Assembly: GCA_050179935.1 (NCBI GenBank)
Contig: JBFXEQ010000010.1
Location: 2,353-66,352, forward strand
DNA length: 64,000 nt
Direction of reading: 5' to 3'
Source: Bacteroidales bacterium
Lineage (GTDB): Bacteria; Bacteroidota; Bacteroidia; Bacteroidales; UBA12077
Numbering within the stretch: the stretch's first letter is position 1; the number at the start of each line of letters is the position of its first letter. Below are positions 38,601-47,640 of this stretch, piece by piece. Both the position numbers and the translations under genes were made by a program. The notes below the pieces were generated by a model. That model saw nothing but the letters and a program-made list of their open reading frames with translations. It was not told the DNA's origin and did not search any database.

Positions 38601-39238
38601 TGATAAAATGTATTAATATCACCAACCAAACTCATTGTTCCAGCTTGGGTTGGATACATGGTATAAAAATAGAAAATTGCTCTTGCTACATTTCCTTTAT
38701 CATCTTCGCGGGGCTCGAAAGTTGAATTTGCATATTCGCTGTAGAGATCAATATTTGATGTGGGAATCGTAGTTTGTGTGGTAGCCAAATACATCCATTT
38801 TGTAGTTGTATTATCGGGTATTTCAGCAAATGGATAATTTGATCTGGTACTATTCACGTCTTCATGTGTGGGGAATAAATGATGCAGATCAGAAACCATT
38901 GGATTTGCTTCATCAAAAAAACTTTGAGGTATGGTGTGCTCACAATTAATAGGAGCAGGGTATGTGGTTGTACCTCCATAAGTACTGCTTACCTGATAAC
39001 CTGAATAGACACAAGTAATTTTACCATTTTCGTTATCAATGTAATTGTAAAGTTTAACTCGCGCTTGGTCGTAACCAAGAGTTAGATGTTTCCCATCATA
39101 GTAGTTTGCTTTTAACCAGATTCTTAAATCTTGGCCGCTTAATTCTGATGGTGGTACTTGGCTAAAAGCCTGATAACAGAAAACAAAGAGCAATAAAAAT
39201 AAAATACTTGCTCTCAATAGGAGTAGATAGTGTTTCAT
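35696..39238 (-). CDS. Secreted endonuclease I-family nuclease with FN3, lamin-tail, GEVED and T9SS type A domains
   Basis: NCEHTIPQS...DLHHLFP...NSTRSN...[17 protein letters not shown]...NPYIDYP; [19 protein letters not shown]; three [11 protein letters not shown]3 units plus one divergent FN3; two YGEVEDY; IWPNPA CTD. Confidence 0.9.
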   Translation of the reverse strand: MKHYLLLLRASILFLLLFVFCYQAFSQVPPSELSGQDLRIWLKANYYDGKHLTLGYDQARVKLYNYIDNENGKITCVYSGYQVSSTYGGTTTYPAPINCEHTIPQSFFDEANPMVSDLHHLFPTHEDVNSTRSNYPFAEIPDNTTTKWMYLATTQTTIPTSNIDLYSEYANSTFEPREDDKGNVARAIFYFYTMYPTQAGTMSLVGDINTFYQWHLSDPVDAKEIERNGQIETYQGDRNPYIDYPDIVARAWGLTPVNTAPNTPTLAATSTTSSINLTWNNVTNETGYKIYKSTTGSNFTLLTTLTADIVSYSDAAVVSGQNYYYYITAYNTYGTSAASNTVVKQTETGGGTGIISDLIFSEYIEGSSNNKGLEIANFTGASVDLSNYAIRKQINGAGDWSTQLALSGTLANGDVYVIVNTSASATMIAVADLITGVDALTFNGNDPVGLFKNGTLIDIIGVFNSTAVFAADVTLVRKSTVYAPSATYSATQWTSYPIDTYTYLGTHTVDGGTTDTQAPTAPTNLAAASITQTTFTLSWTASTDNVGVTGYEIYQNGTLKGTSTTTSYSVTGLTAATTYSFTVKAKDAAGNVSAASTAKSVTTLAATDTQAPTAPTSLVSASITQTTFTLSWTASTDNVGVTGYEIYQNGTLKGTSTATSYNVTGLTAATTYSFTVKAKDAAGNVSAASTAKSVTTLSETASYCTSQGSNYSYEWISKVVIGSFSNTSTAAGYTDFTSKTITLTPGSSYSVSLTPGFASSAYNEYWKIWIDYNNDKDFDDANELAFDGGALINTVETGTLVVSSTATGTTRMRVSMKYNAAQTACETFSYGEVEDYTVTFGAAVPDTQAPTAPTSLVSSNITSTSATISWTASTDNVGVTGYEIYKNGTLLSTSTTTSYSAIGLTAATTYSFTVKAKDAAGNVSAASTAKSVTTLATSVTYCASKGSNVTYEWIDYIAYGGMTNTTAANAGYGNFTATKIATVTLGASTTINVSCGFKSSTYTEYWRVWIDWNQNGTFETTEQMVAGSSSSSATLSYTFTVPSTALLGSTRMRVTMKYNAAPTACETFSYGEVEDYTVNVVNAAMINLSEETPFAEVLGNEDNTQIMIWPNPAIDYVTVGVNNGTMYGKIRIYNLIGILIKSVDIEGSDKEINISELPAGSYIISVDDEKEPLVKQFIKK
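36435..37700 (-). repeat. Intragenic FN3 repeats
   Basis: GTACTTGCAGCnGAAACATTACC recurs at 36456, 37170 and 37449 (279-bp tandem period; 714-bp offset for the third copy). Confidence 0.9.
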
Positions 39239-39635
39239 AATTAGAGTGTTAAGGTTTTAGGATAAGCAAGTACATAAATAATCTGCTTAGGTGAAAAAAA
39301 ATGGTTAAAAAGTTATTACCTTATATCTTATGATATTAACAATACAGGCATATAAAACGTTATCCACGTTCTGATTTACAGCAAAAAACATTCTAAAAAC
39401 AATGCGAATAGATAGATTATAGAAAAAATTTCTATGAAATGGTTAATAATTATAAAAAAGATACAATTGGAAGTTTTTTGTATTTTTTATAATGAAAAAG
39501 ATTACTGATGCCAGATTGAAAATATGGCTTGTAGGTAAAATTATGAATCAGAAGGAGTTCGATACTCCAATCATTCTAGCTTAAAAGAATCTATAAATTC
39601 TTAAAATATAAGGATTTTACTAATTACCTAAAAAA

Positions 39636-40808
39636 TTATTCAAAGAAGTTCCTCATCTTTTCGAAAAAGCTTCTGTCCGAGGCATCGGGCTTTGGAATAA
39701 AATTGGTTGATTTCCCTAATTGTTCGATTGTTTTTTGTTCTTCTTTAGTAAGTGTTTTTGGAACCCAAACATTTATGTTCACCAACAAATCACCTTTACC
39801 ATAACCATTTACTTCTGGTAATCCTTTACCTCTTAATCGAAGAATTTTACCGGGTTGTGTTCCAGGATCAATTTTAATTTTCACCTTTCCATCAACTGTT
39901 GGTATTTCTACAGGTGCTCCCAGAGCAGCTTCGGTAAAAGTAAGATATAATCCATATATCAAATCATTGCCATCACGCATAAGGTCAGGATCTTTTTCCT
40001 CCTGGATTAATACAATAAGATCTCCGTTTACACCACCTCTGCGCGGGGCATTACCCTTGCCGTTTACTGAAAGCTGCATTCCTTCTGCAACGCCAGCAGG
40101 TATGTCTATAGAAATAACTTCAGTGTCCTTAACAATACCTTCGCCATGACAGGTTGTACATTTATTAGTAATTATTTTACCTTCACCTCCACAGGCGTGG
40201 CAAACCGATGCTGTTTGCATCTGTCCTAAAAAGGTGCTGGTTACTTTTATAACTTGTCCGGTGCCATTGCAAGTAGTACAAGTTGTATATCCCGATGAGT
40301 TTTCTGCTCCTGTTCCGCCACACTGTTTACAAGCAACAAACTTATTTACCTTTATTTTTTTATTAACTCCGTGAGCTATTTCTTTCAAATTAAGAGATAC
40401 TTTTACCCGAAGGTTCGACCCTTTATTTACTCTTCTTGATCGTTGTCTTGAGTTTCCAAAACCTCCAAATCCGCTAAAACCGCCAAAACTTCCACCAAAA
40501 GCACTACCAAAAATGTCTCCAAAATTTTCGAAAATATCTTCCATGGTCATTCCGCCGCCACTAAATCCATTTCCAGATGCACCGCCAACTCCTGCATGGC
40601 CATATCTGTCATAGCGGGCACGTTTGTCTGCATTACTAAGAACTTCATATGCTTCGGCTGCTTCCTTAAATTTGTTTTCAGCATCTTTATCTCCTGGATT
40701 TTTATCCGGATGAAACTTTAATGCTTGCTGCCTGTAAGCTTTTTTTATCTCATCCTGGCTTGCGCTTTTCGAAACATCTAATATTTCGTAATAATCTCTT
40801 TTCGACAT
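39636..40808 (-). CDS. dnaJ: Chaperone DnaJ
   Basis: J domain with HPD, G/F-rich region, four CxxCxGxG repeats. Confidence 0.98.
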   Translation of the reverse strand: MSKRDYYEILDVSKSASQDEIKKAYRQQALKFHPDKNPGDKDAENKFKEAAEAYEVLSNADKRARYDRYGHAGVGGASGNGFSGGGMTMEDIFENFGDIFGSAFGGSFGGFSGFGGFGNSRQRSRRVNKGSNLRVKVSLNLKEIAHGVNKKIKVNKFVACKQCGGTGAENSSGYTTCTTCNGTGQVIKVTSTFLGQMQTASVCHACGGEGKIITNKCTTCHGEGIVKDTEVISIDIPAGVAEGMQLSVNGKGNAPRRGGVNGDLIVLIQEEKDPDLMRDGNDLIYGLYLTFTEAALGAPVEIPTVDGKVKIKIDPGTQPGKILRLRGKGLPEVNGYGKGDLLVNINVWVPKTLTKEEQKTIEQLGKSTNFIPKPDASDRSFFEKMRNFFE

Positions 40809-40841
40809 TTTTTATTTTAATAAAATCAATTATTCTGTTTG

Positions 40842-41426
40842 TTATTCGCCCACCACAACTTTCGAAAAGCGAATTACTTTATCGTACATATAATATCCTT
40901 TTTCAATCACATCAACCACCTTGCCCTTTAACTCCTCAGTAGGAGCTGGTATTTTGGTAACAGCCTCATGAATATCAGTATCAAAATCTTTTTCTTTTGA
41001 TTCTATTTCTTTAATACCTCTTTGTTTTAAAAACTCAGTAAATTTATTGTAAATCAAGGTGATTCCATCTTTTACAGCAACCATATCTTTGGCTTGATCT
41101 AAATGACTAAGTGCTCTTTCAAAATCATCCATCACAGGAAGAATATTAACTAAAATATCTGCTCCGGCTGTTTTAGTAAGCTCCATCTTCTCTTTTAGTG
41201 TGCGTTTACGGTAGTTGTCATATTCTGCGGCAAGTCTAAGGTACTTGTCGTTCATTTCATCGAGCTTCTCCTTATCTGTTTTTTCGGGCTTTTTGTCTTC
41301 TTTTTTTTCTTCGGCTTTTTCCTCAGTCTTCACAGCTTCTTGCTGTATATCTGTTTCTTGTGTATTTCCTTTTTCTTGCTGAGTTGTTTCTTCGTGCTGA
41401 TCCGCTTTTTTCTCTTTCTTTGTCAT
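40842..41426 (-). CDS. grpE: Nucleotide exchange factor GrpE
   Basis: YLRLAAEYDNYRKR, LPVMDDFERA, FDTDIHEAV, KGYYMYDKVIRFSKVVV. Start placed at ATG 41426 (MTKKEKK). Confidence 0.96.
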   Translation of the reverse strand: MTKKEKKADQHEETTQQEKGNTQETDIQQEAVKTEEKAEEKKEDKKPEKTDKEKLDEMNDKYLRLAAEYDNYRKRTLKEKMELTKTAGADILVNILPVMDDFERALSHLDQAKDMVAVKDGITLIYNKFTEFLKQRGIKEIESKEKDFDTDIHEAVTKIPAPTEELKGKVVDVIEKGYYMYDKVIRFSKVVVGE

Positions 41427-41472
41427 CTCAGTTTTTTTATAAAGTTTATTTTGATATTTCTTTACACATGTA

Positions 41473-41488
41473 ATCAAAATTTTTGCCA
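41473..41488 (-). promoter_or_regulatory. Sigma54-like -24/-12 motif upstream of grpE-dnaJ
   Basis: Minus strand TGGCAAAAATTTTGAT (GG-N10-GA). Confidence 0.4.
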
Positions 41489-41541
41489 AAGCGATTTTTC
41501 GGCCATTTTGACACAGTAAGCAAAAGTTATGTTATACTGGT

Positions 41542-42849
41542 TTAGTTAATTCGGGTAATATCTGCTCCCAAAGCTTTTAAACGGACATCAATATTCTGAT
41601 AACCTCTGTCAATCTGGTCGATATTGTGTATTGTACTAGTTCCATCTGCCGAAAGGGCCGCGATTAAAAGCGCTACTCCGGCACGAATATCGGGTGATGT
41701 CATTTTGGTAGCCCTCAATTGTATCTGATTATCCAATCCTATTACTGACGCTCTATGTGGATCGCAAAGAATAATCTGGGCACCCATATCAATGAGTTTA
41801 TCAACAAAAAATAATCGGCTTTCAAACATTTTTTGATGAATTAAAACACTTCCTTTTGCCTGAGTTGCAACAACCAGCATAACACTTAGTAAGTCGGGTG
41901 TAAGCCCTGGCCAGGGAGCATCGGCTATGGTCATTATCGATCCATCGATAAATGTTTCTATTTCGTAATGTTTATTTTCGGGGATATAAATATCATCGCC
42001 AACTTTTTCGAATTTTATTCCTAATCTACGAAACGCAGCAGGTATAATTCCAAGATTTTCGTACGAAACATTTTTTATGGTAATTTCAGAACCTGTCATT
42101 GCGGCAAGTCCAATAAAACTACCAACTTCAATCATGTCTGGCAAAATATGATGCACACATCCTTTAAGTTCAGTAACTCCCTCAATAGTTAAAAGGTTTG
42201 AAGCGATACCCGAAATTTTTGCGCCCATGCTTACAAGCATTTTACATAGTTGCTGGATATATGGTTCGCAGGCAGCATTGTAAATAGTAGTTGTACCTTT
42301 TGCTAATACAGCAGCCATTATGATGTTTGCTGTACCAGTAACCGATGCCTCGTCAAGCAGCATATATGCTCCCTGTAGATTTTTCCCTTTAACTTTAAAT
42401 GAGTTTTCTTTATGGCTAAATTCAAACTTTGCTCCCAGTTTTTCAAATCCGATAAAATGTGTATCAACTCTCCTTCGTCCAATTTTATCGCCACCTGGTT
42501 TTGGAATATATCCTTTGCCAAATCGGGCTAATAATGGACCAATCATCATGATTGATCCACGCAATGAGGTCGATTTATGATGATATTCTTCGGTTTTAAA
42601 ATAATCGAATTTAATATCTTTAGCTGTAAATGAATAGGTTGATTCGTTAATTTTTTCAACAATAACTCCTGTAGATTCTAGTAGATCAATGAGTTTAATT
42701 ACATCCAGAATATTTGGAATATTATGTATGGTAACTTTTTCGGGAGTTAAAAGAGTAGCGCATAATATTTGTAGTGCTTCATTTTTTGCTCCTTGTGGGT
42801 AAATATCTCCTTTTAATTTTTTCCCACCTTTAATTACAAATGAACTCAT
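41542..42849 (-). CDS. murA: UDP-N-acetylglucosamine 1-carboxyvinyltransferase
   Basis: GAKNEAL, PGGDKIGRR, SVTGTANI, FESRL, DIRAG, IDRGY. Confidence 0.97.
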   Translation of the reverse strand: MSSFVIKGGKKLKGDIYPQGAKNEALQILCATLLTPEKVTIHNIPNILDVIKLIDLLESTGVIVEKINESTYSFTAKDIKFDYFKTEEYHHKSTSLRGSIMMIGPLLARFGKGYIPKPGGDKIGRRRVDTHFIGFEKLGAKFEFSHKENSFKVKGKNLQGAYMLLDEASVTGTANIIMAAVLAKGTTTIYNAACEPYIQQLCKMLVSMGAKISGIASNLLTIEGVTELKGCVHHILPDMIEVGSFIGLAAMTGSEITIKNVSYENLGIIPAAFRRLGIKFEKVGDDIYIPENKHYEIETFIDGSIMTIADAPWPGLTPDLLSVMLVVATQAKGSVLIHQKMFESRLFFVDKLIDMGAQIILCDPHRASVIGLDNQIQLRATKMTSPDIRAGVALLIAALSADGTSTIHNIDQIDRGYQNIDVRLKALGADITRIN

Positions 42850-42866
42850 AAATCAATAGTTACTTG

Positions 42867-43466
42867 TTATTGCTTTTTACGTGGGATAGGAGTTCTCCTG
42901 TGTTTATTTTTAGCTAAAATGTCTTTGGTTTCTGCAAGTCTTGTCTCCTGAATAGTGAGACTGATTTTGCCCTCAGATATTTCATTCAGATCGCTAAAAA
43001 TCTGTTCGTCGCTTACAGCTTCTTTATTCCAGGTTAAATAGCTTTTTTTCATGTGATTGGCTAACATCTGGATTAATACTTCTTTTTTCTCAGGATCTTC
43101 CATTTTTATAGCTTCGTTGATCAGCTTTTCAATAGTTTTTCCGTAATGTTTATATTTGATTTTATGTCTATTATATGGTACAACCTCTGGTTTTTCTTTT
43201 AATTTCTCAATAAGGGGTTTTTCGTAGGGTGTATCAATATCTAGTTTAAAATCAGCAATAATAGCCAAATGATCCCAAAGTTTATGCTTAAAATCAGCAA
43301 TGTCGCGTAAATGAGGATTCATATTCCCCATTATAGCAATAATTGCTTGCGCCATTCGGTTCTTTTTCTCAGGATCTGTTTCGGCAATAGTCATTTCGAC
43401 CATTTTCTGAATGTTTCTGCCATATTCGGGCAAAACAAGCTTCTGCCTGCTGGTGTTGTATTCCAT
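42867..43466 (-). CDS. DUF4290 domain protein
   Basis: MEYNTSR..LVLPEYGRNIQKMV, KLWDHL, HYGK, NHMKKSY; typical murA neighbour in Bacteroidota. A TAATTTTG promoter element at 43485-92 argues against the ORF-track start at 43511. Confidence 0.88.
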   Translation of the reverse strand: MEYNTSRQKLVLPEYGRNIQKMVEMTIAETDPEKKNRMAQAIIAIMGNMNPHLRDIADFKHKLWDHLAIIADFKLDIDTPYEKPLIEKLKEKPEVVPYNRHKIKYKHYGKTIEKLINEAIKMEDPEKKEVLIQMLANHMKKSYLTWNKEAVSDEQIFSDLNEISEGKISLTIQETRLAETKDILAKNKHRRTPIPRKKQ

Positions 43467-43572
43467 ATTTATTTCCATTTGCTGCAAAATTAATCTATTT
43501 TGATTTAGCAATCAAAGTTTTAAAAGCTTTTATACGAATCGGTTTTTGTAATACTTAATTTTAAAGGAGTAA

Positions 43573-45897
43573 TTAATCTGAAACAATCTGTAGTTTAGCA
43601 AATTTAAGTAAAAGCTGCTTTTCTCCTACTATTTCAAAATGTACTACTGCTTTTGAGTTGGGCAACGATCCTTCGATTTTTACAATCTCTCCTAATCCAA
43701 ATTTACTGTGTCTAACGATCATCCCTTCTTTTATTTGTGATGGATCATCGGGTACAAAATTATCGTTTTGTTCGGGTTGTTTTTTTTGTGCTTGACTTAA
43801 ATTCAATAATTTTTTACTTGCCAGTGGAGTAGGTCCTTTTGATTCATTTTGGCGCGGTTTAAAAAACCTTGGTTTCGATGAAAATCCAAAATCATCATCT
43901 TTGTTGCTAAATGAAATAGGTTTCTCAAAAAACGAATCGGGCAATTCGAGGTACTGTTCATCAATCTCCTTTATAAATCGGCTTGGTCTGCATGATGTTG
44001 GCGTTCCCCATTTGTATCTTTCTTTTGCATAACTTAAAACAGCCGATTGTTCAGCTCGTGTAAGAGCTACATAAAATAACCGCCTTTCCTCTTCAAGTTC
44101 TTTTTGCGTACTCGATGACATATTCGAGGGAAAAAGCTCTTCTTCAAGACCAACAATGAATACAAATTTAAATTCCAGCCCTTTTGCCGAATGAATAGTC
44201 ATAATGGTTACCTTATTAAAATCATCCTCTTTGTCATTATCCTGATTTGTAAGCAGCGCTACATTTTCCATAAATCGGTTAAGTGTTGGCATTCCTTCCT
44301 GGTCACCAAAATCATCGACAAATTCTTTAATACCATTTAGCAATTCTTCGAGATTTTCGAAACGTGTTTGATCTTCGTGTGTTTCTGCATTTTTAAACTC
44401 ATTAATTATTCCCGATTCTTTTGCAATAGTCAAAGCTGCTTCATAAGCATCGTTTTCTTGGATGAGTTGTGAGAAGTGTTTAATAAGATTGCGGAATTGT
44501 TCCAGTTTTGTTTTTGTACCTGTATTAAATCCAAGATTTACTTTATCAAGATTTTCGAGAATAACCCAAATGCTGATGTTGTTTGCTTCGGCAAACTCTG
44601 CTAACTTGGTTAAGGTGGTCTGGCCTAAACCACGTGCCGGATAGTTAATAATTCTGTCGAGTGATTCTTCATCATTATGATTTATGGCTAACCTAAAATA
44701 ACCAAGTATGTCTTTTATTTCCTTGCGCTGATAAAACGAAATACTTCCATACACTTTATATGGAATGCTAAATCGTCTAAAGGCTTCTTCGAAACTCCTC
44801 GATTGAGCATTTGTTCTGTATAGCACAGCAAAATCCTTGTATTCAAGGTTTCGTTCTAAAATTGTATCCTGAATTATTTTAGCAGTTCTGAAAGCTTCAT
44901 CTTTATCGGTTTCAGTTTCCAGTACTACTATTTTTTCGCCAATCTCTTTGGTCGAAAATACTTTTTTTGGAATCTGTTCTTTGTTCTGTTTAATAATGCT
45001 GTTGGCAGCATTTACAATCGTTTGTGTCGAACGGTAGTTTTGTTCCAGCTTATAAAGGATATAATTTTTATAATCGTTTTTAAAGTTGAGGATATTCTCG
45101 ATTTTTGCTCCGCGAAAAGCATAAATACTCTGGGCATCATCTCCAACAACACAAATATTTTGGTATTTAGCTCCCAATTTATTTACAATTAAATATTGTG
45201 CAAAATTGGTATCCTGATATTCATCAACTAAAATATACTTGTACAGGTTTTGATATTTGGCAAGCACTTCAGGGAAATCACGAAATAAAATATTGGTATT
45301 TAGTAACAGATCATCGAAATCCATTGCATTGGCCTTTTTACATCGATTGGCATACATGGTAAAAATATCTGCGATTCGGGCTTTATTGTTTTTTTGATCT
45401 TGAATTAATATCTGGTTATTGCTGCTATAGGCTTTAGCGGTTACCAAATTGTTTTTTGCGCTCGAAATCCTTCCGTATATTTCACTCGGCTTATAAATTT
45501 TATCATCAAGATTAAGCTCTTTAATGATTTTTTTAATCATACTTTTTGAATCGATAGAATCGTAAATGGTAAAATCGGATGTATAGCCAAGATGAGCCGA
45601 TTCTATTCGTAAAATCCGTGCAAAAATTGAGTGAAACGTTCCCATCCAGAGGTTTCGGGCAATATCTGGTCCAACCATTTTGGCAATTCGCTGTTTCATT
45701 TCAGCTGCTGCCTTATTGGTAAATGTTAAAGCTAAAATATTATAGGCAGGTACATTGTTTGCAAGTAAATGCGCTATTCTATATGTTAATACCCTTGTTT
45801 TTCCAGATCCTGCACCAGCTATAACCAGTGATGCTCCATTATAATTAACAACTGCTTCGAGTTGTGGTTCATTTAATTCCTTTAAATAATCGTGCAC
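43573..45897 (-). CDS. pcrA: ATP-dependent DNA helicase UvrD/PcrA
   Basis: AGAGSGKT, TFTNKAA, DEYQDTN, GDDAQSIY, NYRS, TIHSAKGLEF, EEERRLFYVALTRA; GTG start. Confidence 0.95.
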   Translation of the reverse strand: MHDYLKELNEPQLEAVVNYNGASLVIAGAGSGKTRVLTYRIAHLLANNVPAYNILALTFTNKAAAEMKQRIAKMVGPDIARNLWMGTFHSIFARILRIESAHLGYTSDFTIYDSIDSKSMIKKIIKELNLDDKIYKPSEIYGRISSAKNNLVTAKAYSSNNQILIQDQKNNKARIADIFTMYANRCKKANAMDFDDLLLNTNILFRDFPEVLAKYQNLYKYILVDEYQDTNFAQYLIVNKLGAKYQNICVVGDDAQSIYAFRGAKIENILNFKNDYKNYILYKLEQNYRSTQTIVNAANSIIKQNKEQIPKKVFSTKEIGEKIVVLETETDKDEAFRTAKIIQDTILERNLEYKDFAVLYRTNAQSRSFEEAFRRFSIPYKVYGSISFYQRKEIKDILGYFRLAINHNDEESLDRIINYPARGLGQTTLTKLAEFAEANNISIWVILENLDKVNLGFNTGTKTKLEQFRNLIKHFSQLIQENDAYEAALTIAKESGIINEFKNAETHEDQTRFENLEELLNGIKEFVDDFGDQEGMPTLNRFMENVALLTNQDNDKEDDFNKVTIMTIHSAKGLEFKFVFIVGLEEELFPSNMSSSTQKELEEERRLFYVALTRAEQSAVLSYAKERYKWGTPTSCRPSRFIKEIDEQYLELPDSFFEKPISFSNKDDDFGFSSKPRFFKPRQNESKGPTPLASKKLLNLSQAQKKQPEQNDNFVPDDPSQIKEGMIVRHSKFGLGEIVKIEGSLPNSKAVVHFEIVGEKQLLLKFAKLQIVSD

Positions 45898-46088
45898 GTA
45901 TTTCCTTTTTCAAGTTTTACTAAGCCGTAAAAATACTGTCATAAATATTTGTAAACAAAACCTAACTAAAGTATTTATACACAAAAATTCAAACCAATCG
46001 GATATGCCCAATAATCGAATAAATTTATAGTAAATACAATTTTATTGGCAGAGATTTGTTATTATTGTAGTTTTCATTCGTCTTTTTA

Positions 46089-47438
46089 ATGAGTATGAGA
46101 TTTATTCACAACATAGTGGTTTTGTTATTAATACTGGGTTTCTATAGTATTAATGGGTATTCGCAGATTGGTGCTGATAATGTTTTTTCTGAAAAAACTT
46201 GGTATTCATCAACCGATTCAATATATGTATTTTGTACTACCAACTCATCAGGAGGAAGTTTATACGCTATTGATTCAACATCCTTGGGTGGCTATACATT
46301 TCAATGGTTAAAATACAATTCAACAACCAGTTTATTTGATATTCCATTAACTGAATTTACTTACAATAATGATTCAACACAAACAACAATCTTAAATCTT
46401 GAGTCTGGAGGTTACAAAGCAATACTGACAAATGCAGATACCATTCAGGAGTATATTGCATGGGTTTACAATAATTTAAACTTGTCAATTGATCTGCAGA
46501 TTGTCGATCCATTTGATTGTGAAATTCTTGAGTTGTTTGGAACACCAAATTTCGAAACAGGTATGCTAATTTATAATCCGGCCGACAGCACAAATAAGAT
46601 GTTGTCAAATAGTAAGAAAAACTACTCATGGGAGTTTGAGTCAGATGGAGAGGTTAATATTCCAGAATATGATTATTCTTATACCAGTACAGGTAGTTTG
46701 CCTCTCGAAGATACCAAATGCAAACTAATACTCATTGATCGTTTTGGCTGTTCTGTTGCCGATTCAGTTACTTATACCGCCATTGCTACCAAGGCAGAAA
46801 TGCAGTTAACTCACCTCGATAAGGATGGAAACGAAATATCTTCAAGCGATTCAACACTTACAGGGGAGGCTCCAATGATCGTTCGGTTTCAAAACAAATC
46901 AAAACGAGGAGCTGATTTTGTATGGTTCTTTGGTGATACCATTGTAAAAAACGATCTTGATTATATTTATACAAGTGATGTAAATCTACAACCCGAACAT
47001 ACCTATTATTATACAGAGAATCCTGGTGGTAAAAAATATACTGTAAAACTTAACAGCACTAGCTCTTATGGATGTAAGGACTCTGTTTATGCAACGATTA
47101 ATCTCGATCCATCTGAAATTGAATTCCCAAACGTTTTTTCTCCTGATAATGATGGTCCAAATGATGTTTTTAAACTCGATCCTGAAAAATATAAATCAAT
47201 CAGATCATTTAAAATTACTATTTTTAATAGGGTAGGACAGTTAATGCATGAGTACGAAGGAGATATTCATGATTGGCCAGGATGGGATGGAAAAGTTCGT
47301 GGAAATGATGCCTCCGAAGGAACCTACTTTTTTGTGGTTGAAGTTACCGGTTGGGATAATGTAACCTATAATAACTCTAAATTAAATGGTAAAGGTGATT
47401 CGTATTTTGGTTTTGTTAGTCTTTACCGCGATAAATAA
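46089..47438 (+). CDS. T9SS type B (gliding motility-associated C-terminal domain) secreted protein with a PKD-like domain
   Basis: Signal peptide; GEAPM.VRF.N...WFFGD...HTY PKD-like segment; PNVFSPDNDGPNDVF...IFNRVG...WDG...GTYFF C-terminus. Confidence 0.88.
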   Translation: MSMRFIHNIVVLLLILGFYSINGYSQIGADNVFSEKTWYSSTDSIYVFCTTNSSGGSLYAIDSTSLGGYTFQWLKYNSTTSLFDIPLTEFTYNNDSTQTTILNLESGGYKAILTNADTIQEYIAWVYNNLNLSIDLQIVDPFDCEILELFGTPNFETGMLIYNPADSTNKMLSNSKKNYSWEFESDGEVNIPEYDYSYTSTGSLPLEDTKCKLILIDRFGCSVADSVTYTAIATKAEMQLTHLDKDGNEISSSDSTLTGEAPMIVRFQNKSKRGADFVWFFGDTIVKNDLDYIYTSDVNLQPEHTYYYTENPGGKKYTVKLNSTSSYGCKDSVYATINLDPSEIEFPNVFSPDNDGPNDVFKLDPEKYKSIRSFKITIFNRVGQLMHEYEGDIHDWPGWDGKVRGNDASEGTYFFVVEVTGWDNVTYNNSKLNGKGDSYFGFVSLYRDK

Positions 47439-47544
47439 TTCAATAGATTTTATCAGAAACATGATAGATATTCATTTTTCGACTCCAGAAAGCTTTTTGA
47501 ACGAAATGAAAACCTATTAATAAGCAAAATATCATACTGAGAAG

Positions 47545-47570
47545 TGTCACTCTAAGCCTGTCGAAGAGTG
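47545..47570. repeat. REP-like element related to 7132-7156
   Basis: TGTCACTCTAAGCCTGTCGAAGAGTG. Confidence 0.5.
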
Positions 47571-47587
47571 TCATAGTGTGGAAAATA

Positions 47588-47617
47588 CAAAAGAGGCTAT
47601 TGAAATAGCCTCTTTTG
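47588..47617. terminator. Bidirectional terminator downstream of fusA2
   Basis: CAAAAGAGGCTATT-GA-AATAGCCTCTTTTG. Confidence 0.85.
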
Positions 47618-47640
47618 CATAATATATAATAGGTATAAAT

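Noticed and set aside
39360-39368. DnaA-box-like TTATCCACG (possible oriC)
   Set aside because: A single imperfect box with no cluster.
39500-39580. tRNA-like T-arm GGAG-TTCGATA-CTCC downstream of dnaJ
   Set aside because: I could not build an acceptor stem or anticodon arm; no cloverleaf. tRNAscan or ARAGORN would settle it.
46045-46062. Sigma54-like TGGCAGAGATTTG upstream of the T9SS type B gene
   Set aside because: Spacing between the GG and the -12 element is one base short.
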